A DNA stretch of 64,000 nucleotides, taken from positions 124,001-188,000 of the forward strand of contig NIVC01000409.1 in the NCBI GenBank assembly GCA_002269645.1, given 5' to 3'. This document shows, piece after piece, positions 9,800 to 23,790 of this stretch. The notes under the pieces were generated by a model. The model made no database searches. It saw nothing but the letters and a program-made list of their open reading frames with translations, and was not told the DNA's origin. Numbering within the stretch: the stretch's first letter is position 1; every line of letters begins with the position of its first letter. A program made the position numbers and the translations under genes. Source of the stretch: Macrostomum lignano (taxonomy: Eukaryota).

Positions 9800-12700
9800 A
9801 TTATATAGTATCATACAATACTACATAACTACTAAGGGCCGGCAGATCCGGGGTTTTTGGAGGTGGGGTGGGTGTCAACCCTCCTCGCCTCTCATTGGCT
9901 GGCGCCCCGATCACTAGGTGATCGATACCCGTATCGATATCGGCGCTCGGCGCGCGCGCGCCGCAGGCACGTGGCGCCAAGCGCCGTCCAGCCGCAGGCG
10001 ACCCTCCCCAGCCACCGGCGACCCTCCCCAGCCGCAGGCGCACCTACCGATATGTATGCTCACCCTACCGACATGTACCCCGATATGTATGCCCTCCCGA
10101 GCCGCAGGCGCACCCTCCCTCCAGAGCAGCAGGCGCCCAAACCGCAGGCACCCCACTCTCTGATGTACACTCTCCCAAGTACACTCTCCCATGCCGCAGG
10201 CACCCCGAGTGTACACTCTCCCACTCTCCCCAGTACACTCTCCCGAGCCAAAGGTACACTCTCCCCAGTACGGGTGTACACTCTCCTCAGTACACTCTCC
10301 CGATATGTATGCATACACAGATATGTAGTCAACGATACGGGCCTCTTCCCCTCTCTCACCTACATCTCAACTAGCGAAATCGAACCCAGGTCGCGCCCAT
10401 ACTAGGACACTACACGGTTGTGGGGTATAGGGAGCGAGAAGTTTCAACCCTAACGCTGACGCAGCCCTGTACAGTGAACGTGTGCGGGCAGAAAGGGGTG
10501 GGTGGACAGAGAGACGGCCACTAGGTTATTATACTGTTGAAGCATAGGGAGCGAGAAGTTTTAACCCCGATGCTGACGCAGCCCTGTACAGTGAACGTGT
10601 ACGGGCAGAGGGTGAGTGGAAAGAGTCAAGAGATGTGAATAACACAGCCTGCTTCAGGAGCCGGATAGAGAGGCGCATTCTAGGACAGAGAGTCAGTGTG
10701 AGTCACACACACCCCCACAGAGAGAGCCGTACAGGGGATAGAGAGCTCCCTCCCCAGTTGCAGGGGACAGAGAGGCAGGCAGGGTATGCAGGGGCACGCG
10801 AACAGTCAAGGGGCCACGCGAGGATAGAGTGGAGGAGCAGAGATGTGTATGGACAGAGAGCCGGCCACTGGTGCGTAGTGTGAGGGAACAGAAACATATG
10901 GAGCAGGAGGGAGATAGGGAGCAAACGCGCTGGGTAAGGGAGCCACACAGGGCGGTGCAGTGAGACACAGGCAGGGGTGGAGCCGTGCGTGGACAGAGCT
11001 GAACGGCACGGCACGGTCAGCTGCAGGAATAGGATGATAGAGAGGCGCGGAGAGGAGGGGACAGAGAGCAGTGTGCAGGGGTAGGCAGCCACGCAGGCAG
11101 GGGAACAGAGAGGCGTGTGTCAGCCAGTTGCAGCCCGGGACAGAGAAGTGTGAAGGGGGCCTGGGACAGAGTTCCGAGCAAGGCACAGAGAGGTAGGGTC
11201 CGGTAGCTATGTATAGACAAGGACCCACGCGAGGGCAGGACAGGGAGTTGCATGCAAGGCCAGAGAGGTGTGCGCGGAGAGAGACAGAGAGCAGTGTGTA
11301 GGGTTAGGTAACAGCAAACATTAGTAGATGGCGTGTGGGGACGGAGAAACCAGTCTGAGCGTACAGAGACGTTACAGAGAGGTACACAAACAGAGAACAA
11401 AGCGAGCAGAGCACATGTGTAGGGGCAGAGACGTGAGGGAGAATCGACCAAAACACGCTATGTATTATCAAAAGTTGGTTTTAGTGCAGCATATTTAATA
11501 GTGGTTAGTATAATAGTATGTACATAGTAGGTATAATAGTAGTAATAATAGTAAGTATATTAGCCCAAAAGGTAGGCTAAAACAGGCTAAACTGTGTGTA
11601 CGCATCCTCATCACCCCACAAGCCCCCTCTCCTGCCAGACTAACTCTTCCAAACCCTCCTGTATTGCCGTATGAAGGAAAATATAGTGTAAAAATACAGA
11701 TGTTAACCGTTAGACCGCTGAAATCAGGGCACACTAGAGGGGGGTTCGGGGTCTGCATGCTCTATGTAAGCTGCTTGAGGAGGTTCCAAGGGCGTTAGGA
11801 GGTTTCCATTATGTTTTGAAAAAAAAACTAGGGGCTTAAATACAACGTTTTATTCAAAAAGTAGGTTATTTTAATGAAATAGCTGCAGACACAATCATTG
11901 TCGAGAGTAGAAAATTTTATAAGAAACCAGGCATTTTAGCAAAAATAAACCTTCAAACCACATAAAATTGAATAAAAAGCAGACATTTTCAATTATAAAC
12001 CGCAAGTATTTTAATAGAAAAGTAAGCAAACAAGGCACAAAACCAGCAAATTCTACCTTTTTTATTTTAATGTTACTGATAAGGTAGAGAGTAGAAACTT
12101 GTGAGCTGTACGGAGTTAGAAAGTATTAACCATTATGTATCGTATGAATTATTAGTTCAGTACCAGCCATTGGTCAAGCGAGCATTTATGAAGTTATTAC
12201 GAGTGGTGAAGGGATAGAGAGCTATATACAGGAAGACAGTATCCTTCTAAACCACCACGAACAGATTGTTAATAGAGATAAGCTTTGTCGGTATGCAGTA
12301 TGAGTAAGCGAAGGCGGGGTAAATACTTTTCCACATGCCAGACAGAACAGTATTGTGCTAGGATTTCTCTCGAAATCGCGGTACGTTATTAGTTTTTATC
12401 ACACCATCCAGATGCGTCAACCGGTCAGCAGTAGTCATTTATATGTTATTAGACCTTACAAACCCAGGTCAGGTAAATATTACAAAGAGTATATTGCGTA
12501 CACACGCCAACTCCGAATACCAAGCCATACTAGTCTACTTGCAGTGCTCCTGGAGGGAAGGGACGGTCAAGAGTTACACACCAAGAATGCATTCACACAA
12601 AGAGTACACCACTCGAGTCCCGTCCATGCGCCCCGATATGTACGACGCAGGCAACCCTCCCGACATGTATGCCGCAGGCGACCCTACCGACATGTACCCC

Positions 12701-13880
12701 AACATGTACATCCTACCATATGGCACTCGAGCCACAGGTGCCAAGCGCCGTCCAGGCCCCCGAAATGTACGCCGCGGGCGCCCCCTCCCGAGCCGAAGGT
12801 ACACTCTTCCAATATGAGTGTACACTCTCCCAATACAAGTGTACACTCTCCCAATATGAATGTACTCTCTCCCGATATGAGTGTACACTCTCCCGATATG
12901 TGTGTACACCGATTTGTAGTCAACAATACCTATTAACACAAAATTAGGCTAGTGAAAACTACTTATAGTAGGTGAAATTGCGTATATTTACATAAAAAGT
13001 AAACAAACACATATTAATCACATCAGTAGGTGTAAATATCGGTGCATAATACATATTACGAAACATATAGGCGTACAGACATATAGAATTAAGCATATGG
13101 GCAGCAAAAAACACACAATGTAGGTGCATTTTATCGATATTTTGACAGAAAAGTAGGTGAAATAGACAAAATAGTAGGTATAATACACAGAACCTACTCA
13201 TTAGTGTAGTAGGCGCTTGTAGATGCTAGTATATTATAAAACATAGGTTGAAATACACATACGCACAGTAGATACAAGTATAATGCAGGTGTATATGCAC
13301 ACACTGTAGATTCAAATTATGTAGGTGCATAGGCTAAAATACACACATCGTAGAGGCAGAAGCAAGCATAATGCAGGAAAATTATGATACATATTAGTGC
13401 GTAAAGTATCATATTATGACACGCGGTAGCACATATTGACATAATGCAGGGGAAAATATTGACAGAAATAGTGCACAATTGTAGAGGCAACAACCCGCCA
13501 ACTAGTAAGGGCATCCAACACTTGTTCAGGTTTTTATTATTTCGAGACGAGTGTCATGCCCCCGCAAGAGATCTTATCAGAAATTTGTTGAACTCCACTG
13601 CAACTCTCCCCAGAGCCTCCAAATGCGAGTTTTTTAACCCAGGGTCGAGTACAAAGGGCCCGCCCACTCTTAACCCCAAGGGGTGATCCTAGCGGAGACC
13701 AAGTACAGTGCGGACGGAGAGGGGTAACAGAAAGCGCTGCATCAGACCGCGGGGCTGCATTCCTCCCCCCGAGGTAGGCGCGTCAGCTCCCACTCCCCAT
13801 TTAACCATCAAGTAAACTAAAGAAGTCAAGCAGAAAGCCTTCAATCACCTTCAAACCTTCAAACCTTCAAAGCCTTCAAA
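9800..13880. mobile_element. Unclassified ~4-kb repetitive element with two internal palindrome-array blocks
   Basis: Blocks ~10050-10330 and ~12640-12925 are direct copies (CCCGATATGTATGC, GCCGCAGGCG, GAGTGTACACTCTCCC). No recognisable protein; boundaries approximate. Confidence 0.4.
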
Positions 13881-13882
13881 GC

Positions 13883-13961
13883 CGTCAGTCGCTTGCGTGG
13901 TTGGGTGTTCAGCCTGTGCGAAGTTGAGGTGCTTGGCTTCACCGTCTCTGCGCTGCCTTAG
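13883..13961 (+). pseudogene. 3'-terminal fragment of the F-type lectin exon
   Basis: VSRLRGWVFSLCEVEVLGFTVSALP* nearly identical to the ends of copies A and B. Confidence 0.85.
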
Positions 13962-15435
13962 GCTATTAATTAAGCCTAATTAATAATTAATTAATTAATT
14001 AATTCTCAAGATGATGCACTAGCAATATGGAAAATACCAAGTTCTTTATTCGTCTCGAGCTCATTTCTAAGAAAATCTGGAGCGTAGCGTTCTTCAATTT
14101 CAGTTGTCTAGTAAAAAATTCTGTTCAACAGCTTGACAATATAGGAGAACGGAGAACCCTTGTCAACTCAAATAAAGTTTTATATGCGTGTCCGAATAAC
14201 TATGTCCGGTTTCAGTGTGTCCGTTTGACTGTGTGGCTTGAAGGTAAAGTTTCATAAAATACTCGAAATAAACCAAAAACAACAGATAGCATAAAAGTCA
14301 TCTCTGCGAACAAAAAGGACTAATGATCAAGTCAATTTATTAATCTGGGTTTTCTATCACTTAATTATACAGCTAAAGATGTATTTATTCATCAATCGAT
14401 CAATCATTCGATTTATCGATCTCTCAACTTAAAGCTTTGAGAAGCGTTGTACGGAGACGCGGAGAACGAACGTTTTTAGCTTGCTGGGTGGGGGGAGTCG
14501 ACCAGGCAAGAAAACAGGTAACTGCAAGAAGATATTATACAATGAAAGTCTATTTTTTAGTTTTTCACTTCGAATTCCAACTTTCTCAGGTGTCGGTAAA
14601 CAACCAATTATTATCAGCTAGTTTGAGTAGCCAAATTGCAGCTCATTCCATTATCTTCATCAACTTGCACCAATTAAAACAGCATAGCAACACTTCTAGG
14701 GGAAAATTGTTGCATTTCTTGTGCAGAAGCGCTGTTTAACGACTTTAGACGCAATGGCAAACCAGGAGAGCCAGTACTACACTGTGGATTTCATACAAAA
14801 TTTTTGACTCTAATTGAGTGCGTTGCAATCTGTGCACTCTTGTTTGCTAGCCTATAATTGCTTTGCTCGCCATCTTCTTGACAATAAGTTGTGTAAGCTA
14901 TAGACTGTTTTAATTAAAGTTTGTTATTGGTATTATAGAAATTAGCTTGTTACTGCGGAAAAGCAAAATGAATAGAGAGGAGACATGATCGAACCATAAG
15001 TTAGTGGGTCGGATTGCTATTGTGAAGCTCGAAAGGGTCGGTTTGCCGACCCCTGCCCTACTGTCTCCTTGATAACGACGATGTTAGGGTTACAGGTCTC
15101 CGCGCGGCTTCGGGATCTCTTCCCGGAGGATTAGGACTCTGGCCCCAGCGATCGCAGGGTACAGCATCGCATTTAGTATATCTGCCACCTATGACTGTGA
15201 GTTCTAAGAAACAGATAAGAACACAATTGACACTCTGACAATCAGAGGAAGTTATAAAAGTGACTTACTTCGAAGAAGAAGAAGTAAAACGCATAATTGA
15301 GAGGATTCATATTGAGGTCCAGTCAGAGCCCATTGCAATGACTGTCATCTTGTTGTGCTCAAGGTGTGCAGTGGTCCACAAACGGTCCTCATCTCGCAAG
15401 GAACAGCTACATCCAATAGAGATTCCTGAAAGCGC

Positions 15436-15980
<545 letters not shown>

Positions 15981-16538
15981 TTGACTGCACCTCAATTCGG
16001 ACCCCATCTCGAATTGCCATGAGTAAACTCTATCAAAGCTTAGTTTACTTAAAATTGCAGAATTTGCAAAACTGCATTATGTGCAGATTTCTTGTTTATC
16101 TCTTCGTTTCAACCGGACCCTCACCTCACGGGAGACTGAGGCCTGAATGACCCCGACGCTTCAACAAACGGCTTCAGATTGGAGCCACCTTACCAACCGG
16201 TTTAGTTAGCTGGGCTAGACGAGAGAGAGAGACAGCAATGCATCAATGGTGGGGCTTTTTGCTTTAGCATTGTGGAGAGGGCGGGAAGAGGGAATCGAGT
16301 TAACGTATTGAGAGTTTATTAAGAGCGTAAATAACAAAATATGATGGGGCCGACAAACTATGACTTCAGAAATCAGGCTGAAAAAAACCAAATGGTCCAC
16401 ATATATGGGCCCACAACCCGGTTACATTTAGTAAAAATAAAGAATTAAAATGAGAAAAAGGAACTCAAAGAGAGTTTACCAGGATCATTAGAAAACCCTT
16501 AGGCTGATTTTTCATCAAGACTCATTCAGTCGGTCTAA

Positions 16539-17686
16539 CTAAGGCAGCGCAGAGACGGTGAAGCCGAGCACCTCAACTTCGCACAGGCTGAACACCCAAC
16601 CAGGCAAGCGACTGACGAGGCGAACCCGACTGCCGTAGCCGAGGCAGCTGACCGTCTTGATGGAGAAGCTCGGATCCGCGTCCACCCTGGCGCACTCGAC
16701 ATCGTCAACCAGCAGGGTGAAGTTGTTGAGCCTCTCAGCGCAGCAGTCCTGCCTGTTGAAGATGCGGACTGCCGTGATGCGGGACTGCTGAGCGAGGTCG
16801 GCCTGCCACCACTGGAAGTCGCCTCCTTCGGTGTGGGTGCAGGAGCCTCCGAAAAAGTTCTGATTCGTGTTGCCATCGATTGCTCGAACACAGGCTGCGC
16901 TCCCGTGAGTAGAGATCTGACTGCAGCGTTGAACAGTCAGGATGGCTTCTGCTGACGCTGAAACAGAGACATTGGGCGGAATAAGTGCGAGTTTTGATGA
17001 GAAACTCCAGTTGTACTTTTATGTCCTTTTATGCTTCGCTCGGGTTGGGATGGGGCTTGCTTAGAAATTTGTCGCGGAAAATTTACGGCGATTCAACAAG
17101 GCGGGACAGGAGCTCTGTGGGACGGACCCATGGGACCTGCGGTTTAGGACTGGGAGCACCTGGAGTAGCTCTCACACACGTACGTTGCGATCAGGCTGGA
17201 GTTATGCAAATTCAAAACAACTTCTGTCGGTAAAGCAGCAACCAAAGCGAAGGACAGATATTTGAATATGAGATTGGAATCTCTGTGATTACAAGCCAAA
17301 ATATTTCCCTTAAATCATCTATGCCATTGCATTCAATCAGTGTGAAACTCACAGTCGAACGGCTTCGCGAAGACGTCGACCGGCTTGTCGTTCGGCTGCC
17401 ACAGCGACTTGCTGAAGAACGCAGCGGTGCTGAACAGCTGGCACGACAGACTCGCCTCTTGCCAGTAGAAGCCGAAGCAGACACCGGACTGGGCCCTGCA
17501 CTGCAGAGAGCACTGCAGCTCGCTGCCAACTGCCTGCACGGACTTGAAGGACTGCGGCACCGTCAGGCTGTGGGGCAGGGCTAAAGAGAACAGCTTCTGG
17601 TTGGCGCAGCTGCCGGAGTCATCGCCTGCAACTGTCGAGCAGGTTGTCGCCAGCAGAGCGAATGCGGCTGTGAGGAGCCTCAGCAT
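16539..17686 (-). CDS. Secreted PAN/apple + F-type lectin protein, copy B
   Basis: Exons 17686-17353 (ATGCTGAGG...GACT|GTGAG) and 16957-16539 (TTTCAG|CG...CCTTAG), phase 1, no stops: ...CSQISTHGSAACVRAIDGNTNQNFFGGSCTHTEGG...NRQDCCAER...SRLPGWVFSLCEVEV. Confidence 0.88.
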
Positions 17687-19304
17687 CTCTAGAGTTTGAA
17701 CTTTTGGAGCTTGAAATAGGTTTACTCGCACCCCACTGTTGGCTGCTTTTGTAGCTTTTGCAAGCCGCCCTGGCCGCCTCTTGTTGCCAAAATTAGCTGC
17801 CGCTCAGTTCTGCCCGCGTATACTGTATACTTAGAAGCCGGTCTTCAAAGCGTTGCTATGAGGTAAATTGGAAGCATAATAAGGTGGAGAGAATGGTCTG
17901 AAGCCCCACGTGCGCAACTAATAAGTTTTCCCACAGAGCCATTGCTTGAATACAGCAACATTTCAAGTCGTTAGTTCCAACGACGACTTTGCATCCAACA
18001 GAACTTGGGGTGGCTGCATTGTCTTTGTCAATGGAATGCATTGCCACTGCATTTTTAATTGGGTATCTATCTTCCGCAGCCATGCATTTCAAAATCAACG
18101 TGGGCCTCTCAAACTCTAGTCCCCTTAGACGGCTTAGAGATTGGCAGTCAATCTGCTTAAAGGCAAGAAGAGTCCAACTGCTTTATACTGAAGTGTTTCG
18201 CATTCTCAGCTGAGAGAACGTTGCATAGATTTTTTTATTATTACCAGGTAAACAGTAAGGCAAACAGAAAGACTGACTGACAGACATACAGTCGGATGGA
18301 CCGACAGGTAGACTTAAAGGTACAGAAAACAGAATAAACCAGACAGACAGACAGACATTAAAGACAGGTAGACAGACAGGCAAACGGACAGACAGACAGC
18401 AGTCATCATAGACAATCCAATAAACTGACTGACACATGCATATACAAGGATATGTTTGACCGACTGAGTCACAAGAGCACTATATAGTGTCCAGAAGCCA
18501 TCCAAGCACACGCCCGCTACAATAATAAAGAAAGAAAAAACTTTCGACATGCGGAAACACGAATTACGCATCAAGTCAGCTTTATCGCACACCTCAAAAC
18601 TGTATGCATGCAACACATTTTCGGCATAAGTACACGAATTGCTTCAATTTTTTTCACAAAAGAATCATATTTTAACGATTTTATCCACATGTAATTTTTA
18701 AAACGTATTACGCACGATCACACAGGGTGCACAGAAGCCCTGACTGTCTAATCGTTTCGTGCTCTCGGAAAATCAAAACGAAGTCTGCAACGCGGCTACT
18801 GGAAAAATTAATTGGGCTGTTTTTTTAAGATAAAATTTCAAATGAAATCAAATTGAAGCATCTTATTAAAACCATGGCCTGGCAGGATTGAGTCTCATAT
18901 CAGAAATTATAATTTATCAGATACACACGCACTTTGCATGCACTATTAACATTAAAATTGTGTAATAAAAATAGAGCAAGTAATTTTTTTATCAATCTAA
19001 CATTAATCCAAAACACGTTAATGGAACAAGATGATTCTTCAAGGTAATTTTATTAGGACTGTAAATATGCTGTCAAGGTAATATTGCTCTGCAGGAAGAT
19101 TCGGCATAATTATTATAATTATAATTTTGAACAGCAACAAGAGCTACAATATGGGGAGGATAAATCAGCTAGATGCAACAGAGAACACTGATATAAAGTA
19201 TATTTACGTTGGCACCATCTAGCAACACCAAAGAGTTTACAGCAGCAATTTTTACACGAACTTTGTGTATTGGTGGTGACTGGTTCCATTGGATTAGGGC
19301 TTTG

Positions 19305-19670
19305 GGGTGGCGGGCGCAGTGGGGTGACGGGTGCAGGTGGGGTGGTGGACGCATTGGGGGGTCGGCGCAGTGGGATAAGCGGGCGCAGTGGGGTGGTGGG
19401 TGCAGTGGGGTGGTGGGTGCAGTGGGTGGCGGGTGCAGTGGGGTGGCGGGTGCAGTGGGGTGGCGGGTGCAGTTGGGTGGTGGACGCAGTGGGGTGGTGG
19501 ACGCAGTGGGGGGTCGGCGCAGTGGGGTGGAGGGTGCAGTGGGGTGGCGGGTGCAGTGGGGTGGCGGGTGCAGTTGGGTGGTGGACGCAGTGGGGTGGTG
19601 GACGCAGTGGGGGGTCGGCGCAGTGGGGTGGAGGGTGCAGTGGGGTGGTGGGCGCAGTGGGGTGGTGGGT
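19305..19670. repeat. G-rich 16-18-bp tandem repeat
   Basis: GGGTGCAGTGGGGTGGC / GGACGCAGTGGGG variants. Confidence 0.9.
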
Positions 19671-19983
19671 ACATTATGGCGACCAATCAATAATGTTATG
19701 TTAAATTATAAAGCAAGATAAACGATCAGACATAAGACCGAAATGAGAACAAACAAAGCCGTGGAAAATCATCAATTTAGCTCGTAAATTAGGGCAGCAA
19801 CAGTACTCTAGCTAACTTGTCAAACGAGACGTCAAAACTAATGACAATATAAATAAAACTAACAAACAAGCATGCAATAGTATTATATAAAAGCGGCACC
19901 CTGAAAGTCGAGCATCAATATTATATTTACTATTAAATGATTAGTAAATTCGCTGATACGAGAATTTCACAATCGCAAATCAC

Positions 19984-22962
19984 TCAAGCCAAATAGTGTG
20001 AGAAGAACTCATAGGAGGCGGTCACCACGCCCCAGGATAGCATCGAACGGAAGCAATTCGGCAAAGCGCCTCGGTAGATCTGGCGCACACTGCGACCCCG
20101 ACTAATGTACTCTAATCGAAGGCAGGTGACAAACGAAGTGTACTGACCGCCTACAGTCTTCTGCATGTGAGTTTTAGCCACATTGAACGGATAGTTGAAC
20201 GTGGACAGCAGAGCCCCTAGCAGGGCTCCGTTAGTGAAATCTCGAACTGGTCCCGGCATGCCCGTGGCCCGCCTCTCCATGTGGGCTTTGAGCAGGAAAT
20301 ATAGTACACTGCTGAATCCATTACGATAGAGAATTGGGGTCAAGCCTCTGTACCATTCTGTCAGGCCATGCTGGCGATACAGCTGACCAAATGCGTGAAA
20401 AGTGTTCCTGCGCGATAGTGTGCAATAAGATTGCAAATAGTGAGAGAAGTTTTCAAATCAAATCAAAATCAATGAAAAACTGTCAATCAAATTTTTGTTT
20501 ACGCTATCAGTGGCTCCTCGTACAGGTGTTCTACAGGTACCTCGTGCTATAGGTGTCTCATACAGGTGTGCACAACAGGTGTCCTATACAAGCGTGTCAC
20601 AGGCGTCTCATACAGGTGTGCACAACAGGTGTCCCATACAAGCGTGTCACAGGTGTCTCATACAGGTGTGCAAAACAGGTGTCCCATACAAGCGTGTCAC
20701 AGGCGTCTCATACAGGTGTGCAAAACAGGTGTCCCATACAAGCGTGTCACAGGTGTCTCATACAGGTGTGCACAACAGGTGTCCCATACAAGCGTGTCAC
20801 AGGCGTCTCATACAGGTGTGCACAACAGGTGTCCCATACAAGCGTGTCACAGGCGTCTCATACAGGTGTGCACAACAGGTGTCCTATACAAGCGTGTCAC
20901 AGGTGTCTCATACAGGTGTGCAAAACAGGTGTCCCATACAAGTGTGTCACAGGTGTCTCATACAGGTGAGCACCACAGGTGTGCAACAGGTGTCTCAAAC
21001 AGGTGAGCACCACAGGTGTGCCACAGGTGTCTCGTACAAGTGCACCACAGGTGTGTTATACACGTGTGCAACACAGATGGGCCAAAGGTTTCTCATATAG
21101 GTACCACAGGTGTCTCATATAGGTACCACAGGTGTCTCATATAGGTACCACAGGTGTCTCATATAGGTACCACAGGTGTCTCATATAGGCACCACAGGTG
21201 TCTCATATAGATACCACAGGTGTCTCATAGGCACCACAGGTGTCTCATACAGGTACTACAGGTGTCTTATATAGATACCACAGGTGTCTCATACAGGTAC
21301 CACAGGTGTCTCATAGGTACCACAGGTGTCTCATATACGCACCACAGGTGTCTCATATAGATACCACAGGTGTCTCATATAGATACCACAGGTGTCTCAT
21401 ACAGGTACCACAGGTGTCTCATATAGGCACCACAGGTGTCTCATAGGTACCACAGGTGTCTCATATACGCACCACAGGTGTCTCATATAGATACCACAGG
21501 TGTCTCATATAGATACCGCAGGTGTCTCATATAGATACCACAGGTGTCTCATACAGGTACCACAGGTGTCTCATATAGGCACCACAGGTGTCTCATAGGT
21601 ACCACAGGTGTCTCATATACGCACCACAGGTGTCTCATATAGATACCACAGGTGTCTCATATAGATACCACAGGTGTCTCATACAGGTACCACAGGTGTC
21701 TCATATAGGCACCACAGGTGTCTCATAGGTACCACAGGTGTCTCATATACGCACCACAGGTGTCTCATATAGATACCACAGGTGTCTCATATAGATACCG
21801 CAGGTGTCTCATATAGATACCACAGGTGTCTCATACAGGTACCACAGGTGTCTCATATAGGCACCACAGGTGTCTCATAGGTACCACAGGTGTCTCATAT
21901 ACGCACCACAGGTGTCTCATATAGATACCACAGGTGTCTCATAGGCACCACAGGTGTCTCATACAGGTACATATATCTCACTGGCTAGGGGTTGGTCACT
22001 GCCGCAGCTCAATGCGACAGGCCCAGCAGCGCGCACCTGTAAGTAGCCTGATACCGCTGATCCTGCAGGAGCGTCTGCACCCGTTCCAGCGGCATCAGCG
22101 AAGCTTCGCAGCTTCCCGCCATGAAAGCCGCCAAAGCGCTGCACGCTTCGGCATTCCATCTCGGCGCTAATAAAGTCAATTCGGTGGAGAACTTTGCGTA
22201 GCAACCGAATAGCAGACTCAGGTTGCAGATTCGCTGCAGCAGAGGTGGCAGGACGCCTCTGAGCGGAGGTGGGGGTGGTGCATGCGATTAATTGAAGGAG
22301 TGGAAACTGGAAACTGGGGGCGGAATACTGGAAATGGGGGCGGAATACTGGAAATGGGGGGCGGAATACATTAAATGGGGGGCGGAATACTGGAAATGGG
22401 AGCGGAATACTGGAAATGGGGGGCGGAATACTGGAAATGGGAGCGGAATACTGGAAATGGGGGGCAGAAAACTGGAAATGGGGCGGAATACTGGAAATGA
22501 GGGAGCGGAAAACTGGAAATAGGGCGGAATACTGGAAATGGGGGGCGGAATACTGGAAATGGGGGGCGGAATACTGGAAATGGGGAGCGGAATACTGGAA
22601 ATGGGGGGCGGAATACTGGAAATGGGGAGCGGAATACTGGAAATGGGGGGGCGGAATACTGGAAATGAGGGGGCGGAATACTGAAACTGGGGGGCGGAAA
22701 AGTGAAACAGTAACAGAAAAGTTCTCAAAATAAATACTCACCTATAGAGCGACAGAAACTCTTTCCTAATAACTTGATCTGCTGCATTTCTAAACGGTAT
22801 ATTCCATAACTGCTGTCTAAAAATGATTTTATGCAATGGAAAGCCAACGATGACATTAGTTACGCCAGACAGACCGCCAGCTACAAACTCAAGCCTGGCT
22901 TTGTGATGGTTCTGACCGCCTGCGGTGGCTGCGCCGGCTGGTATCGCATTAGTAGACACCAT
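19984..22962 (-). CDS. SLC25A51: Mitochondrial carrier, SLC25A51/52 (MCART, NAD+ importer) orthologue, ~288 aa
   Basis: Exons 22962-22742, 22258-22037 and 20407-19984, all GT-AG and in frame. FPLHKIIFRQQL, LYRGVLPPLLQ, PLERVQTLLQD, YRGLTPILYRNG, PFNVAKTHMQ, RSMLSWGVVTASYE match SLC25A51-specific motifs (FPIQKVLFRQQL, PLERVQTLLQD, RSLISWGIINATYE). Confidence 0.92.
20520..21968. repeat. Composite intronic minisatellite: 50-bp units (20560-20950) then 20/22-bp units (21095-21968)
   Basis: Both built on the core CACAGGTGTCTCATA; fills SLC25A51 intron 2. Confidence 0.95.
22300..22700. repeat. ~21-bp intronic minisatellite
   Basis: GGGGCGGAATACTGGAAATGG; SLC25A51 intron 1. Confidence 0.95.
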
Positions 22963-23175
22963 TTATTGTTATTATTGTTGTTATTTATTAAACGTTTATG
23001 GCCGATTTGAAATAAAGAAACTGGACTCATATAGGTTAGCATGGCAGTTGGATCACTGCATACCTCTGCTACCTTGTTAGCTGTGCTACTGGGGCCTGCA
23101 GAAAATAGTGAGAAAAAAAACATTTCTATTGAAGTTTAAACATTATCTAGATTAGCTGTAGTGAAAGTACGTTTC

Positions 23176-23790
23176 CTAGAAGCTAATTCCTAGAATCGCT
23201 AAGCTAATTCCTAGAATCGCTAAGCTAATTCCTAGAATCGCTAAGCTAATTCCTAGAATCGCTAAGCTAATTCCTAGAATCGCTAAGCTAATTCCTAGAA
23301 TCGCTAAGCTAATTCCTAGAATCGCTAAGCTAATTCCTAGAATCGCTAAGCTAATTCCTAGAATCGCTAAGCTAATTCCTAGAATCGCTAAGCTAATTCC
23401 TAGAATCACCAAGTTAATTCCTAGAATCACCAAGTTAATTCCTAGAATCGCCAAGTTAATTCCTAGAATCGCTAAGCTAATTCCTAGAATCGCTAAACTA
23501 ATTCCTAGAATCGCTAAACTAATTCCTAGAATCGCTAAACTAATTCCTAGAATCGCTAAACTAATTCCTAGAATCGCTAAGCTAATTCCTAAAATCGCTA
23601 AGCTAATTCCTAGAATCGCTAAACTAATTCCTAGAATCGCTAAGCTAATTCCTAGAATCGCTAAGCTAATTCCTAGAATCGCTAAACTAATTCCTAGAAG
23701 CGCTAAACTAATTCCTAGAATCACCAAGGTAATTCCTAGAATCGCTAAGCTAATTCCTAGAATCGCTGAGCTAATTCCTAGAATCGTAGA
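23176..23790. repeat. 21-bp minisatellite (~29 units)
   Basis: GCTAAGCTAATTCCTAGAATC; upstream of SLC25A51 (putative 5'UTR intron). Confidence 0.97.

Noticed and set aside
9836-9906. HDV-like ribozyme resemblance (GGCCGGCA...CCTCCTCGC...GCTGGC)
   Set aside because: P3 cannot pair, no GG for P1.1 and no J4/2 motif.
14010-15055. Weak hAT C-terminal remnant (14010-14200, minus) and hAT-like end GGTTTGCCGACCCCTG (15040-15055)
   Set aside because: No matching second end or TSD; similarity too weak to annotate.
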